A stretch of DNA of 64,000 bases. Source: Macrostomum hystrix (taxonomy: Eukaryota > Animalia > Platyhelminthes). The first letter of the stretch is position 1. Each line of letters starts with the position of its first letter. Positions 13,439-27,100 of the stretch are shown piece by piece. A program made the position numbers and the translations under genes. A model generated the notes under the pieces. That model was given only the letters and a program-made list of their open reading frames with translations, searched no databases and was not told the origin of the DNA. The stretch spans positions 22,816,001 to 22,880,000 of the forward strand of contig CATNEN010000038.1 of NCBI GenBank assembly GCA_950097015.1. Reading direction: 5' to 3'.

Positions 13439-14849
13439 ATGCCAGAAAGTACCACTGAAATAATCAATTTAAAATGTGACGACTCAGCTACTGAGTTGGG
13501 CGGCAGCTGCAACCACGGAAGCAACGCTAGGTGCTTGGCTAAAGAGCAAGACAGTTCTCAATCTGAGACTCTATTATTCTCTTGCCGCAGATACGCCATT
13601 ATAGTGACTGTGCCGTTGTGCATTGTGATTGTTTCGGCGCTAGCTGTATGCATAGCCTTGCATCATTCTCATGTTCAGCAATCTGCAGTGCGTACATCAA
13701 TATATTTGATAAATATACACCTGTCCTATTGTAATCAAAAGTGTTCTATTATGATGTTTTGTCCATTTACAGCAATTTAGTATCTCCTTGACAATCAGCG
13801 ATCTGGAAGTCGAATTTTGCGACGCTACCGAAATTGGCGGCTTGCTTCGGCGTGTAGCCGTAGCTGCCTCTGACGTATTGTCTCCTCGGTTGCAGCAGCA
13901 GCAGCCGCCCTGTATGACAAAGGACCGTCTGATGATGACTGATAAAGGTATACATATAGAGCCTCTTGTTCTTCAATCTTCTGTATACCGTATTCGTTCT
14001 TTGAAATGCCAGTTTTTTAATTTGTTAATTTAGACACTCCATTGGGCCCATTGGTGTGCGACGATGACTCTTCGTATGAGGACTTCAAGGCTCGGAATTG
14101 TCAGCGACCGGGCTTCCGGTTGACGGAAAATCGCGATGGTGTTACAATCTTACAAGCTGGCACCTACGTTACGCAATCAAGTGTAAGACAAGAGGCCAGG
14201 GAGTTTATTCTTCAATTTGAAATAAAATGGAATAATTTCTGTACATTTTAGCTTTAAAAAGTTACGGTTCTGCAGTTTTTTATTTAGGACTCTTATATGG
14301 TTGATCTATGATTGGAGAGGCTATTTTTAGTATTGCGAAATGACGTGTGCATCCCGGATTGGTTAGGCTATTTTTAGTATTGCGAAATGACGTGTGCATC
14401 CCGGATTGGTTAGGCTATTTTTAGTATTGCGAAATGACGTGTGCATCCCGGATGGTTAGGCTATTTTAGTATTGCGAAATGACGTGTGCATCCCGGATTG
14501 GTTAGGCAATTTTTAGAAACAAAACTCCTTAGTCCAGCTTAATTTGGCTTTATTGATTATTCGGCCAAAAAACGAACTATAAATTGCCGTCTTTTAACAG
14601 GTCACCTTTCTCGACAGCGACCACACTAACTTCGCAACGTCCAGCGTCACAGTCAACGGCAAAATCCGGCTAGACTGTGCCCTGCATAGCGCCCACAACG
14701 GATCAAAGAATCCTTTCAGCGCGTGCAGACTAATCGGACTGTTGCGCCTGAATCGTGGCGACATTGTCAGGTTTCAGGTGCGCCGCTCCGGGCGACTGAT
14801 AAATCCACACGGGCCGGCAACCTATTTCTTTATGTACAGACTTGTGTGA
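13439..14849 (+). CDS. TNF-superfamily ligand (type II membrane protein), paralog 1, 273 aa
   Basis: Exons 13439-13687, 13773-13947, 14034-14182, 14601-14849, all GT-AG and in frame. N-terminal TM (AIIVTVPLCIVIVSALAVCIAL); TNF homology domain GVTILQAGTYVTQSS|VTF...SACRLIGLLRLNRGDIVRF...ATYFFMYRLV*. Confidence 0.85.
14319..14515. repeat. 47-bp tandem repeat x4 in TNF paralog 1 intron 3
   Basis: Unit GGCTATTTTTAGTATTGCGAAATGACGTGTGCATCCCGGATTGGTTA. Confidence 0.95.
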
Positions 14850-15277
14850 CGCAAATGTTTTTATTAAATTGACTGTTAAACCAATTTAACCAGTGTAAAT
14901 AATTTTATAATGACATTATCCCAGTGCATCAAACTGTTCCTTGTAGATTTGTTAATTACCATCGTACGCAAATGATCGTGCAAATTTCTCATAAACATAC
15001 GAGATTTGTAAATACTTGTAATTGAAGTGACGCATAGTTGTGCGACAAAATGTTTCTGTGAGTAGTGCGAATTCATATTTTAATTTGTTAAATTAAAACT
15101 AACTTAGCATTTCCCGCCCGTATACTCGAATCTCAAGTTAAGTCTTAACAGTTTAGTATAAAGACCACGACGGGGGTATTTCAAATATCAACAATTTTCC
15201 TTTCCCCAATCTGCCTAAATATTCAATCGATTGCCATGAAAATGCAGAACACAAGACATATCCAAACATTCTCGTCG

Positions 15278-15388
15278 GGGCCTTCTCTCCGCGGCTGCGC
15301 CCCAAATAAATGTGGCCTCGCCGTGGAATCGAACTTAAGGACCTTGGTGCGAGAGGCAAAGCATTAACCGCTCTGCCACCGACCCCCC
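15278..15388 (-). mobile_element. SINE family B, 5' (tRNA-like head) fragment
   Basis: Near-identical to 30820-30928; GGGGGTCGGTGGCAGAGCGG...AGTTCGATTCC A/B boxes. Confidence 0.8.
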
Positions 15389-15864
15389 TATTGTAAACCA
15401 TACTAAAAGTTTAAACGAAACGAAAACGAAAGTTTCAACTAAGTCCCTTAGTTGTGCTATTCCATAAATGAACTAATTATTCTTTGAATTCAAACAATTT
15501 GCCTAGTGAATCCGAGTACACCAAGACATGTAAGCCTTTACATCGTTATAGGAGAGAAAGCATTTAAACTTTCCTTAAAAAATATCTATATTAGTACTCG
15601 TACTTTTGCAGCTGTTGCAACTAAACGGTCAGAGACGTACATTACTGATTAAGAACTAGTACACTTAACTATTTTTGTTCTTATCGCTGTCCCAAATTCG
15701 AGATTGAATTTCGAATACTGGGAATATGCAATTCCAATCAATTGGCGATAATATTTCCACTGGTGATTTATTTTATTATACAGATGCGCGACAAATTATA
15801 GAAAAAAATGAATATCTACTATTCAAGTAAAGACAAAATCCTACACAACAGAAGAATCTATTGT

Positions 15865-17341
15865 TTAGAGTTTGTACACAAAGAACTGGGTTGTTTTGTA
15901 GTACGGATTTATCGATCTAAACGCCTGCGGCACGCTGAAGCTGACAACGTCGCCCTTCTGGAAGCGCCTAACTCCGTCAATGACGCAGGATGAGAATTTG
16001 TTGCCAGGATTGCCCCTGTGATGATTGGCGCAGGTTAGCCAGGTGTGGGCGCCGCCTGTTCTGCCAGTTTGGTCAGTGGCTGGACATTCGACACCGCCGT
16101 GCGCGCAATCGGCCGGATCGATCCGGATGGTGGTGCTGATGTAATAATCAACAGTGTCCACGAAGGATGTCTGAAGAGTAAAAATGTTTTCATGCATTTC
16201 AATAGGTGCTTAAAGTAAATCAACTAGTAGCCAATCAAAAACCGACGTTTCATTTTTATCTAGGAGCCAATTAAAAACCTAACACGTCATTTTTTATCTA
16301 AGCGTCAATTAGAAAGCTACTTTTTATTATCGTCAGTCAGCCAATCAGAAAGCTACGCGTCAGTTTTATCGGTCACCCAATTGAAAAGCTACGCGTCATT
16401 TCTATCTCGGAGCCAAATAGAAAGCTACGCGTCAGTTTTATCTAGGAGCCAATTAAAAAGCTACGCGTCATTTCTATCTGGGAGCCAATTAGAAAGCTAC
16501 GAGTCAGTTTTATCTGGGAGCCAATTAGAAAGCTACGCGTCGGTTTTATCAAGGAGCCAATTAGAAAGCTACGAGTCAGTTTTATCAGGGAGCCAATCAG
16601 AAAGCTTCAAGTATTTTTTCGCAGAAAGGATGCATTTTATCGAAGCATTTACTGTAGAGTGAACTCGGTAGACGCCGTTCTCCGGAATAACCACCCCCAG
16701 TTTATTTGAGGTCAGTCGGAATTCGTTTCCTAGGCAGTTGTTCCGACCACCGCGCTCTTCGAAGGCGTCGTCGAAGCACTTCAAAGGACCCACCGGGTAG
16801 CCGAAATTCTTATGAGCTTTCGAATCGTCTGCGCTCCCGGTGATATATTCTCGAATTTTCTTGCACGGCAGAGATGAATACGACGCTGTGCAGTTGTCCA
16901 GTCCAGCCAGATCAATTACCAGGTTGATGTAGTGCAGACTGGCTGGCTGCTTGTTCTGAATGATAATCAATTGGAAAACGTTATAAAAATGTTTTACTAT
17001 AAAGCATTAATTAGTAGGCAATGTCAGGTTTCACTAACCGTGTCAGGGGCATTGCTGCACGGTTCCAAACTGCTGGGCCATCGTGCTCCGCCTTGGTCAT
17101 TGTGAATGACGCACAGTTTGCCAAACATAATCAGCGACAGCAGAAGGCAGGCGACTAAACTGATTGAAATCAGCGCTAGGAATGATCCGACTAGTAAGAT
17201 CCGGCAGGCTGGGCTCTGGCTGAAGCTCCGACCGCGGGACTTGCGGCCAGCCGGGTCCACTTTATAGTCGTCTTCCAGTTTCAGAAAGCTGTCGTCGGAG
17301 CTGTCTGAACTACAACTGTTTCGTTGTTCCTCGTAGGACAT
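15865..17341 (-). CDS. TNF-superfamily ligand (type II membrane protein), paralog 2, 303 aa
   Basis: Exons 17341-17039, 16955-16653, 16170-15865, all phase 0 GT-AG. TM ILLVGSFLALISISLVACLLLSLIMF; THD GVVIPENGVYRVHST|TSF...SSCVIDGVRRFQKGDVVSF...TTQFFVYKL*. Confidence 0.85.
16230..16607. repeat. ~39-bp tandem repeat in TNF paralog 2 intron 2
   Basis: Unit approx GGAGCCAATTAGAAAGCTACGCGTCAGTTTTATCT... Confidence 0.9.
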
Positions 17342-17925
17342 GCTTGCCTTAATAAACTCTATATATAATATACTATGAAACACTGGGTATTATTTGTTAG
17401 AAAACAAGACTTCACGCCGCAATTAAACTAACTTATATAGCCTTGTGATCCAGGGCATATTCGAGGGTCCTGCCGTAGTTACAACCTCGTTCAGTGTACA
17501 CTCGTCGCGCGCAGCATGCACAGTTGAGCACAGTTGAGCAAAGTTCCATTTCTAATTATAGCCTACAGACAGTATTTTTTTTCTCTTTCATTTCAACATC
17601 ATCCTTATTAATTTATAAATTGCTCACTCATTTCATTATAATTTTAAAACAAATCCTCGATGTTAAGCACAAGAAAACGTCTCAAAAAGCAACATATTCC
17701 CGAAGCAATTTAATGACTACAAATATCATTAACTTTAGAAAATGCACCTATTTTCTCATACAAATGGCGCCTATGGTTAATTTTAGCCATTCGCAAAAAA
17801 CTAAAACTTCCTTGTTTCTGAGCCATCGCTTTGTTTAAAGCGGTTAAGAGCAGCAACGAAACTCGAAAAAAAAACACGTGACTTAGAGAACTGCGAACAT
17901 TACGGAGATCCAAATTATTAACTTA

Positions 17926-19400
17926 TCTCAAAATCTCACTCTAGAATCGTCAGTCTCAAATCTCACTCTAGAATCGTCAGTCTCAAAATCTCACTCTAGA
18001 ATCGTCGGTCTCAAAATCTCACTCTAGAATCGTCGGTCTGAAACCTCATCTAGAAACGTCAGTCTCAAAATCTCACTCTAGAATTGTCAGTCTCAAAATC
18101 TCACTCTAGAATCGTCGGTCTGAAATCTCACTCTAGAAACGTCAGTCTCAAAATCTCACTCTAGAATCGACAGTCTCAAAATCTCACTCTAGAATCGTCA
18201 GTCTCAAAATCTCACTCTAGAATCGACAGTCTCAAAATCTCACTCTAGAATCGTCAGTCTCAAAATCTCACTCTAGAATCGACAGTCTCAAAATCTCACT
18301 CTAGAATCGTCGGTCTGAAATCTCACTCTAGAATCTACAGTCTCAAAATCTCACTCTAGAATCGTCAGTCTCAAAATCTCACTCTAGAATCGTCAGTCTC
18401 AAATCTCACTCTAGAATTGTCAGTCTCAAAATCTCACTCTAGAATCGACAGTCTCAAAATCTCACTCTAGAATCGTCAGTCTCAAAATCTCACTCTAGAA
18501 TCGACAGTCTCAAAATCTCACTCTAGAATCGTCGGTCTGAAATCTCACTCTAGAATCTACAGTCTCAAAATCTCACTCTAGAATCGTCAGTCTCAAAATC
18601 TCACTCTAGAATCGACAGTCTCAAAATCTCACTCTAGAATCGTCGGTCTGAAATCTCACTCTAGAAACGTCAGTCTCAAAATCTCACTCTAGAATCGTCA
18701 GTCTCAAAATCTCAATCTGGAATCGTCTGTCTCAAAATCTCACTCTAGAATCGTCAGTCTCAAAATCTCACTCTAGAATCTACAGTCTGAAAATCTCACT
18801 CTAGAATCGTCAGTCTCAAATCTCACTCAAGAATTGTCAGTCTCAAAATCTCACTCTAGAACCGTCAGTCTCAAAATCTCACTCTAGAATCGACAGTCTC
18901 AAAATCTCACTCTAGAATCGTCAGTCTCAAATCTCACTCTAGAATCGTCAGTCTCAAAATCTCACTCTAGAATCGACAGTCTCAAAATCTCACTCTAGAA
19001 CCGTCAGTCTCAAAATCTCACTCTAGAATTGTCAGTCTCAAAATCTCACTCTAGAACCGTCAGTCTCAAAATCTCACTCTAGAATCGACAGTCTCAAAAT
19101 CTCACTCTAGAACCGTCAGTCTCAAAATCTCACTCTAGAATCGACAGTCTCAAAATCTCACTCTAGAACCGTCAGTCTCAAAATCTCACTCAAGAATTGT
19201 CAGTCTCAAAATCTCACTCTAGAACCGTCAGTCTCAAAATCTCACTCTAGAATCGACAGTCTCAAAATCTCACTCTAGAATCGTCAGTCTCAAATCTCAC
19301 TCTAGAATCGTCAGTCTCAAAATCTCACACTAGAATCGTCAGTCTCAAAATCTCACTCTAGAATTGTCAGTCTCAAATCTCACTCAAGAATCGTCCGTCT
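17926..19400. repeat. 28-bp minisatellite (~52 units)
   Basis: Unit CTCAAAATCTCACTCTAGAATCGTCAGT. Confidence 0.97.
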
Positions 19401-19887
19401 TAAAATCAAATTTAAAGCAAGTCAAAACGATGCTGTCTGTTAATCTCTGGTAAAAAGTGCATACAAAAAGTATCCACCGAAAACAGAACATTGCAATATA
19501 TTTTGGGACACTGAACCAAAACGACGGAGATTTTGCACAACGCGCAGAAAACAATAAAGCCTACTAGTAGATAGCTATAAAGCTAAATTGATTGTCTCAA
19601 GAATAGTACAATACTGTGATGACTATAAGCAAGCAAAGCGAAGGTTGAAAATAAGACTTGCAATAATTATAAAGAAACCTAATATGTATGTGCGCTAATT
19701 GACTTCAACGCATCGAGAATAAAACTTAGGGACTTAAATATTGGGATCTTAAAATTTAAGAATTTTCACGTCTACAACGGGTGGGCAAAAGCCGTAAAAG
19801 AAAACAAAATAAGCAACGAGAAAAAATAAGACCGTCTGCAAAAGAGCAGCTATCTGCATTTAGACTAAAGCTGGTTGAGAATTATCA

Positions 19888-20490
19888 AAGAAATCTCACA
19901 CGATAATCTCCGTAATCTAACACGATAATCTCCGTAACCTCATATGATAATCTCAGAAATCTCACACGATAATCTCAGTAATCTCACACGATAATCTCAG
20001 TAATCTCACACGATAATCTCAGTAATCTCACACGATAATCTCAGTAATCTCACACGATAATCTTAGAAATCTCACACGATAATCTCCGTAACCTCATATG
20101 ATAATCTCAGAAATCTCACACGATAATCTCAGTAATCTCACACGATAATCTTAAAAATCTCATACGATAATCTCCGTAACCTCATATGATAATCTCCGTA
20201 ATCTAACACGAAAATCTTGGAAATCTGACACGAAAATCTCCGTAATCTAACACGAAAATCTTGGAAATCTGGCACGAAAATCTCCGTAATCTAACACGAA
20301 AATCTTGGAAATCTCACACGATAATCTCAGAAATCTAACACGATAATCTCCGTAATCTAAAACGAAAATCTTGAAAATCTAACACGATAATCTCCGTAAT
20401 CTAACACGATAATCTCCGTAATCTAACACGACCATCTTGGAAATCTCATATGATAATCTCAGAAGTCCCACACGATAATATCAGTAATCT
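19888..20490. repeat. 22-bp minisatellite
   Basis: Unit ATCTCACACGATAATCTCAGTA and variants. Confidence 0.95.
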
Positions 20491-20867
20491 AAAGAGATTA
20501 TCTTAATAATTTAAATGGATCGTCTCACACGTGCCCAGAAACACATGAATCACTAATGCGCATAAGCTAAGGTTTAAAAAGATTTATTTAGCAAATTACA
20601 CACGCAGTAATTACACAGCTAGTTCACACACGGAGTACAACTATAAGTGCATCAGTTGGATAAGCATTGATGGGCGCTTTTGTTAAGGAAAAATATCTGA
20701 CAGAAATAGAAGGAGATTCACAACCTAGGGAGCTCAAGCGATCTAAAAAAATTGATGATAAATGGGAATATAAAATTTAACAAGCCGGCAAAGTAGACAC
20801 TCTAAACTATCCGATATGTTTTGAAAAAAACATCTTAACGAAGCTGATAGGGTAGCGTGAGATAGTA

Positions 20868-21072
20868 TGGTGAGATAGTAGAGTGAGAGATGCAGGGTAG
20901 GGTGAGATACGAGCTAGTAGAGTGAGAGATGCAGGGTAGGGTGAGATAGAAGAGTGAGAGGTGCAGGGTAGGGTGAGATAGTAGAGTGAGAGAGGTGCAG
21001 GGTAGGGTGAGATAGTAGAGTGAGAGAGGTGCAGGGTAGGGTGAGATAGTAGAGTGAGAGAGGTGCAGGGTA
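20868..21072. repeat. 34-bp tandem repeat in the probable Kelch-gene 3' UTR
   Basis: Unit GAGTGAGAGAGGTGCAGGGTAGGGTGAGATAGTA; minus-strand AATAAA at 20583-20588 lies beyond it. Confidence 0.9.
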
Positions 21073-21159
21073 GGTACATCAGAGTGGAGGTCGCAGCGGT
21101 ATATAAATTGCACAACCGCAAGTCCACAACAAAGTTTCTTCTGCCAATTGGACAATAAA

Positions 21160-24100
21160 TCAAAAGCCGACTGGTCGAGGACTCTGCTCTCTAGAAAATA
21201 GACTCCCCGAAACCAAGCTAGACGCAGCAGCAGCAGCAGCAGCAGCAGCCGAAGATTCGTCTATAGCAGCCGAGCAACACTTGCCGCCGCTGCCAATGGC
21301 GCATTTTTTCAGCAGCTCCTTGGCAACGGAGGCAACAGCGCAGCCGAATGTGGACATGATGGCAGCCTGAAACGGCTGGGCCTCCTCCCAGCGGCCGTCG
21401 ACTAGGCGACACTCACCGGCCATCCAGGATTTGTCGTCTTCGCCGCCGACAACGCGCAGACAGCCGGAGAGTTTAACAACACCCGCGCCGCAGAGGAGGT
21501 TGGGCAGTGGAGGTCCCGGCTCCCATGAGCCAGCTTCGGGATCAAATATTTCAACACTGTCGGTGCAGAACTCCGGCAGGACCTCCTTGCGCCAGCGCTC
21601 CGAGGCGCAGGTGTTGCCGCCGATGACGTAGAGCTTGTCGCGATAAACAGCGCAGCCGGCGAGGGCGCGGGGAGTCTGCATCGGCGGCAGCTCCGACCAG
21701 GCGTTCGACTGGGGCTCGTAGCTGAGGGATATTTAAGCCGTCTATGGGCATTGTAGGATTTCTGGGAGAACAGAGACATCAAGAGAATGAATAGGAATCT
21801 ACATTAAAGGATTTCTGGGGATAATAAAGGCAATCCTAGGGATAAATACAGGTAATCCTAGGGATATAACAGGTAATCCTAGGGATAATACAGGCAATTC
21901 TAGGGATAATACAGGCAATCCTAAGGATAAATACAGGCAATCCTAGGGATAAACACAGGCAATCCTAGGGATAAATACAGGCAATCCTAGGGATAAATAC
22001 AGGCAATCCTAGGGATAAATACAGGCAATCCTAGGGATAAATACAGGCAATCCTAGGGATAAATACAGGCAATCCTAGGGATAAATACAGGCAATCCTAG
22101 GGATTTAACAGGTAATCCTAGAAATAATACAGGCAATCCTAGGGATAATACAGGCAATCCTAGGGATAATACAGGCAATCCTAGGGATAATACAGGTAAT
22201 CCTAGGGATTTAACAGGTAATCCTAGAAATAATACAGGCAATCCTAGGGATAATAAAAGCAATCCTAGGGATAAGACAGGCAATCCTAGGGATATAATAA
22301 TAATAAAAATTATTATTATTATTGATTACACCTGCCCTAATTGGGTCAGATGTGCAGCCGAAAGCACAGCCGCAGCTAATGCGTGGCGCATCTGAAGGCT
22401 GCGTACAACTGTTCAGTCCATGGACTGGGGGGACGCCACACCCACCTTCAATTATCCCAGCTGATGCTGGTACCCATTTAACAGCTGGGTGAACTGAAGC
22501 AATGCAGAGTTAAGTGTCTTCCTTAATGTAAGACACTATATGTAAAGTTATGCAAATATACTATATCGAATTGAGAAAATTTTACGAATCTAGGAATTTT
22601 GTAGGAGTCCAGGGAAATTGAAGAGAATCTAGGGATATTATAGGGAATCTAGGGGTATTATAGGGAATCTAGGGATATTATAGGGAATCTAGGGATATTA
22701 TAGAGAAACTAGGGATATTATAGGGAATCTAGGGATATTATAGAGAATCTAGGGATATTATAGGGAATCTAGGGATATTATAGAGAATCTAGGGATATTA
22801 TAGTGAATCTAGGGATATTATAGAGAATCTAGGGATATTATAGAAAATCTAGATATAATATGGAATCTAGGGATATTATAGGGAATGTAGGGATATTATA
22901 GGGAATCTAGGGATATGATAGGGAATCTAGGGATATTATCGAGAATCTAGGGATATTATAGAGATTCTAGGGATATTATAGAGAATCTAGGGATATTATA
23001 GAGAATCGAGGGATATAATATGGAATCTAGGAATATTATAGGGAATCTAGGGATATTCTAGGGATGTAGGGATATTATAGGAATCAATGGAGGTTAATTG
23101 GCATCCAGGGATAAATAGCAAATCCAGGATCAGAAAACCAGGACATCAAAGCGTGTACATGCAATTATTTCATCATTCGTGCATTTCACTCACCGATAGC
23201 ATGTGTTGACAATTTCACCAGCGGCATTCTCTCCGCCGAATGCGTACAGTCGGCCTCTGTAAGAGTGCCCGGCGGCGCAGCGCAACGGCTGCGGCAACGG
23301 CGCCACAGGCTGCCAAGCCAGAGTCTGCAGGCAGAATCTTTCAACCTGATTGGTGACCTCCTGGCCAGTGAAGCCGCCGACAGCGTAGACGGCTTGGTCA
23401 ACTAGGACAAATAGGAACTGAGTACGGGGCAAACTCATGCGAGCCATCGACTGCCAGGTCCAAGCAACAGCCGCGTCTGTCTGGGCCAGGTGAAGCTGGT
23501 TTGAAACGCCGTCACAGGTGACACTGCCGCGTACCGAGATCTTCTTCTGGGTGCCGCCTGCCAGTAGCAACTGATTCGAGCCTGTCACTACCACGCCTGC
23601 GGGGTGAGGATTAGCGAGATGACAGTCAGGGATTAGAAAGATTAGAGTGAGGGATTAGCGAGATTAGAGTGAGGGATTAGCAAGATTAGAGTGAGGGATT
23701 AGTGAGATTAGAGTGAGGGATTAGCAAGATTAGAGTGAGGGATTAGCGAGATTAGAGTGAGGGATCAGCGAGATTAGAGTGAGGGATTAGCAAGATTAGA
23801 GTGAGGGATTAGTGAGATTAGAGTGAGGGATTAGTAAGATTAGAGTTGAGGGATTAGCAAGATTAGAGTGAGGGATTAGCAAGATTAGAGTGAGGGATTA
23901 GTGAGATTAGAGTGAGGGATTAGCAAGATTAGAGTGAGGGATTAGCGAGATTAGAGTGAGGGATCAGCGAGATTAGAGTGAGGGATCAGCGAGATTAGAG
24001 TGAGGGATTAGTGAGATGGGGGTGAATGATTATTAAGATGAGAGTGACGGATTAAGGAGATAAGGTTGAGTAAATATTGGGATGAGAATGAGGGATTAGA

Positions 24101-27100
24101 GAGATGAGAGTAGGAGATTGGTGAGATGGATGGATTAGGAAGATGAGAAAGTTAGCCACACCACGACTTATACTATTTATTTCCTATTAATTTTTACAAG
24201 GCCTTCAATAACCCAGAGAGCTGCGTTTTTTGCTGTACGAGGCCCTACTTAAATATGCTGAAAAAAGATCAATATAGTAAACTAGTCAATATAGCTAGAC
24301 GCGGCAAGAACCTATTTATATACACAGAGCTAAAGTTTTAGTGCAAGTGTAATTAACGCACAGTCGCGGACAACGACCCTAGAGCAGTCCAGGTAAAACC
24401 TAAAATATTTATAACAATAAAAACTCACTTAATAAGAGTACCCTAATTGAGCAGTAATATAATAGTTTATAGTGCACAATTTTCCAGGAAATTTAGTAGC
24501 CTAGCAGGTAAAAAATAGAATCGAGTTTGTGAGAGTAAAATAAAGGGCTATTAGAGTGTCAGACAGGTGAGATTGGAGAGAAGAGAGTCAGAAAGGTGAG
24601 ATTGGAGAGTGTCAGGCAGGTGATATTGAAGAGTGTCAGACAGGTGAGATTGGAGTGTTAGACATGTGAGATTGGAGTGTCAGACGGGTGAGGTTGGAGA
24701 GTGTCAGACGGGTGAGATTGGAGAGTGTCAGACAGGTGAGATTGGAGTGTCAGACAGGTGAGATTGGAGAGTGTCAGACAGGTGAGATTGCAGAGTGTCA
24801 GACAGGTGAGATTGGAGTGTCAGACAGGTGAGATTGGAGAGTGTCAGACAGGTGAGATTGGAGAGTGTCAGACAGGTGAGATTGAAGAGTGTCAGACATG
24901 TGAGATTGGAGTGTCAGACGGGTGAGGTTGGAGAGTGTCAGACAGGTGAGATTGGAGAGTGTCAGACAGGTGAGATTGGAGAGTGTCAGACAGGTGAGAT
25001 TGAAGAGTATCAGACAGGTGAGATTCGAGTGTCAGACAGGTGAGATTGAAGTGTGTCAGACAGGTGAGATTGGAGAGTGTCAGACAGGTGAGATTCGAGT
25101 GTCAGACAGGTGAGATTGGAGAGTATCAGACAGGTGAGATTGGAGAGTGTCAGACAGGTGAGATTGGAGTGTCAGACGGGTGAGATTGGAGAGTGTCAGA
25201 CAGGTGAGATTGAAGTGTGTCAGGCAGGTGAGATTGGAGAGTGTCAGGCAGGTGAGATTGGAGAGTGTCAGGCAGGTGAGATTGAAGTGTGTCAGGCAGG
25301 TGAGATTAGAGAGTGTCAGACAGGTGAGATTGGAGAGTGTCAGGCAGGTGAGATTGAAGTGTGTCAGACATGTGAGATTGGAGAGTGTCAGACATGTGAG
25401 ATTGGAGAGTGCCAGACAGGTGAGATTCGAGAGTGTCAGACAGGTGAGATTGGAGAGTGTCAGACAGGTGAGATTGGAGAGTGTCAGACAGGTGAGATTG
25501 AAGTGTGTCAGGCAGGTGAGATTGGAGAGTGTCAGGCAGGTGAGATTGGAGAGTGTCAGACAGTATCTGTCGGACAGACAGTAATAATTAAGATAACAGA
25601 ATATAAGTGCGATAGAAAATATTTAGCCTGTGTGATTATGAATAGTTAACATCAGTGATTCTAAGATCTAGTAAGCAATGAACTTTAAAAAAAATTTTTC
25701 TAAGAAAACACTTTAGATTAGATAAGTTTAACCTAAGTCTAAAAGCAGACTGCACTAAAATGAAAAAGCACGTGATTATTGTCTACACTAGTCAGCTGAC
25801 AGGTTAAAAAAGAACCATAATATAATAGCTTTGCACCAGGCACGGAGAAGGTAGAGCGAAAGATGATGTTAGTGTTAGACAAAAGAAATAAGGCAGTGCT
25901 ATTGCTGAGGACAAGGTAGAATAATTGAAATCTATACAAAACACTGGGTCAGCTGACAAACTGTTTAGCTGGTCGGTCAATAGACTCAAAAACTAGAAAA
26001 AGCCGACTCAAATTCGAGTAGAACAATAGAGACAGACAGACAGACAGAGCGTGAGATTGCGTTAACGTAAGCGGGAGATATCCAACGAATGATTAATTCA
26101 CAATAAATGATTTCTGATAAAGACTAATTAAAGACTGAATAATTTCTGACAAAGAGTAATTAAATACTGAATGATTTCTGACAAAGAGTGACTGAAGACT
26201 GAATGATTTCTGACAAAGAGTGACTGAAGACTGAATGATTTCTGATAAGGAGTGACTGAAGACTGAATGATTTCTGACAAAGAGTGACTGAAGACTGAAT
26301 GATTTCTGATAAGGAGTGACTGAAGACTGAATGATTTCTGATAAGGAGTGACTGAAGACTGAATGATTTCTGATAAGGAGTGACTGAAGACTGAATGATT
26401 TCTGACAAAGAGTGACTGAAGACTGAATGATTTCTGACAAAGAGTGACTGAAGACTGAATGATTTCTGACAAAGAGTGACTGAAGACTGAATGATTTCTG
26501 ACAAAGAGTGACTGAAGACTGAATGATTTCTGACAAAGAGTGACTGAAGACTGAATGATTTCTGATAAGGAGTGACTGAAGACTGAATGATTTCTGACAA
26601 AGAGTGACTGAAGACTGAATGATTTCTGATAAGGAGTGACTGAAGACTGAATGATTTCTGATAAGGAGTGACTGAAGACTGAATGATTTCTGACAAAGAG
26701 TGACTGAAGACTGAATGATTTCTGATAAGGAGTGACTGAAGACTGAATGATTTCTGATAAGGAGTGACTGAAGACTGAATGATTTCTGATAAGGAGTGAC
26801 TGAAGACTGAATGATTTCTGACAAAGAGTGACTGAAGACTGAATGATTTCTGACAAAGAGTGACTGAAGACTGAATGATTTCTGACAAAGAGTGACTGAA
26901 GACTGAATGATTTCTGACAAAGAGTGACTGAAGACTGAATGATTTCTGACAAAGAGTGACTGAAGACTGAATGATTTCTGATAAGGAGTGACTGAAGACT
27001 GAATGATTTCTGACAAAGAGTGACTGAAGACTGAATGATTTCTGATAAGGAGTGACTGAAGACTGAATGATTTCTGATAAGGAGTGACTGAAGACTGAAT

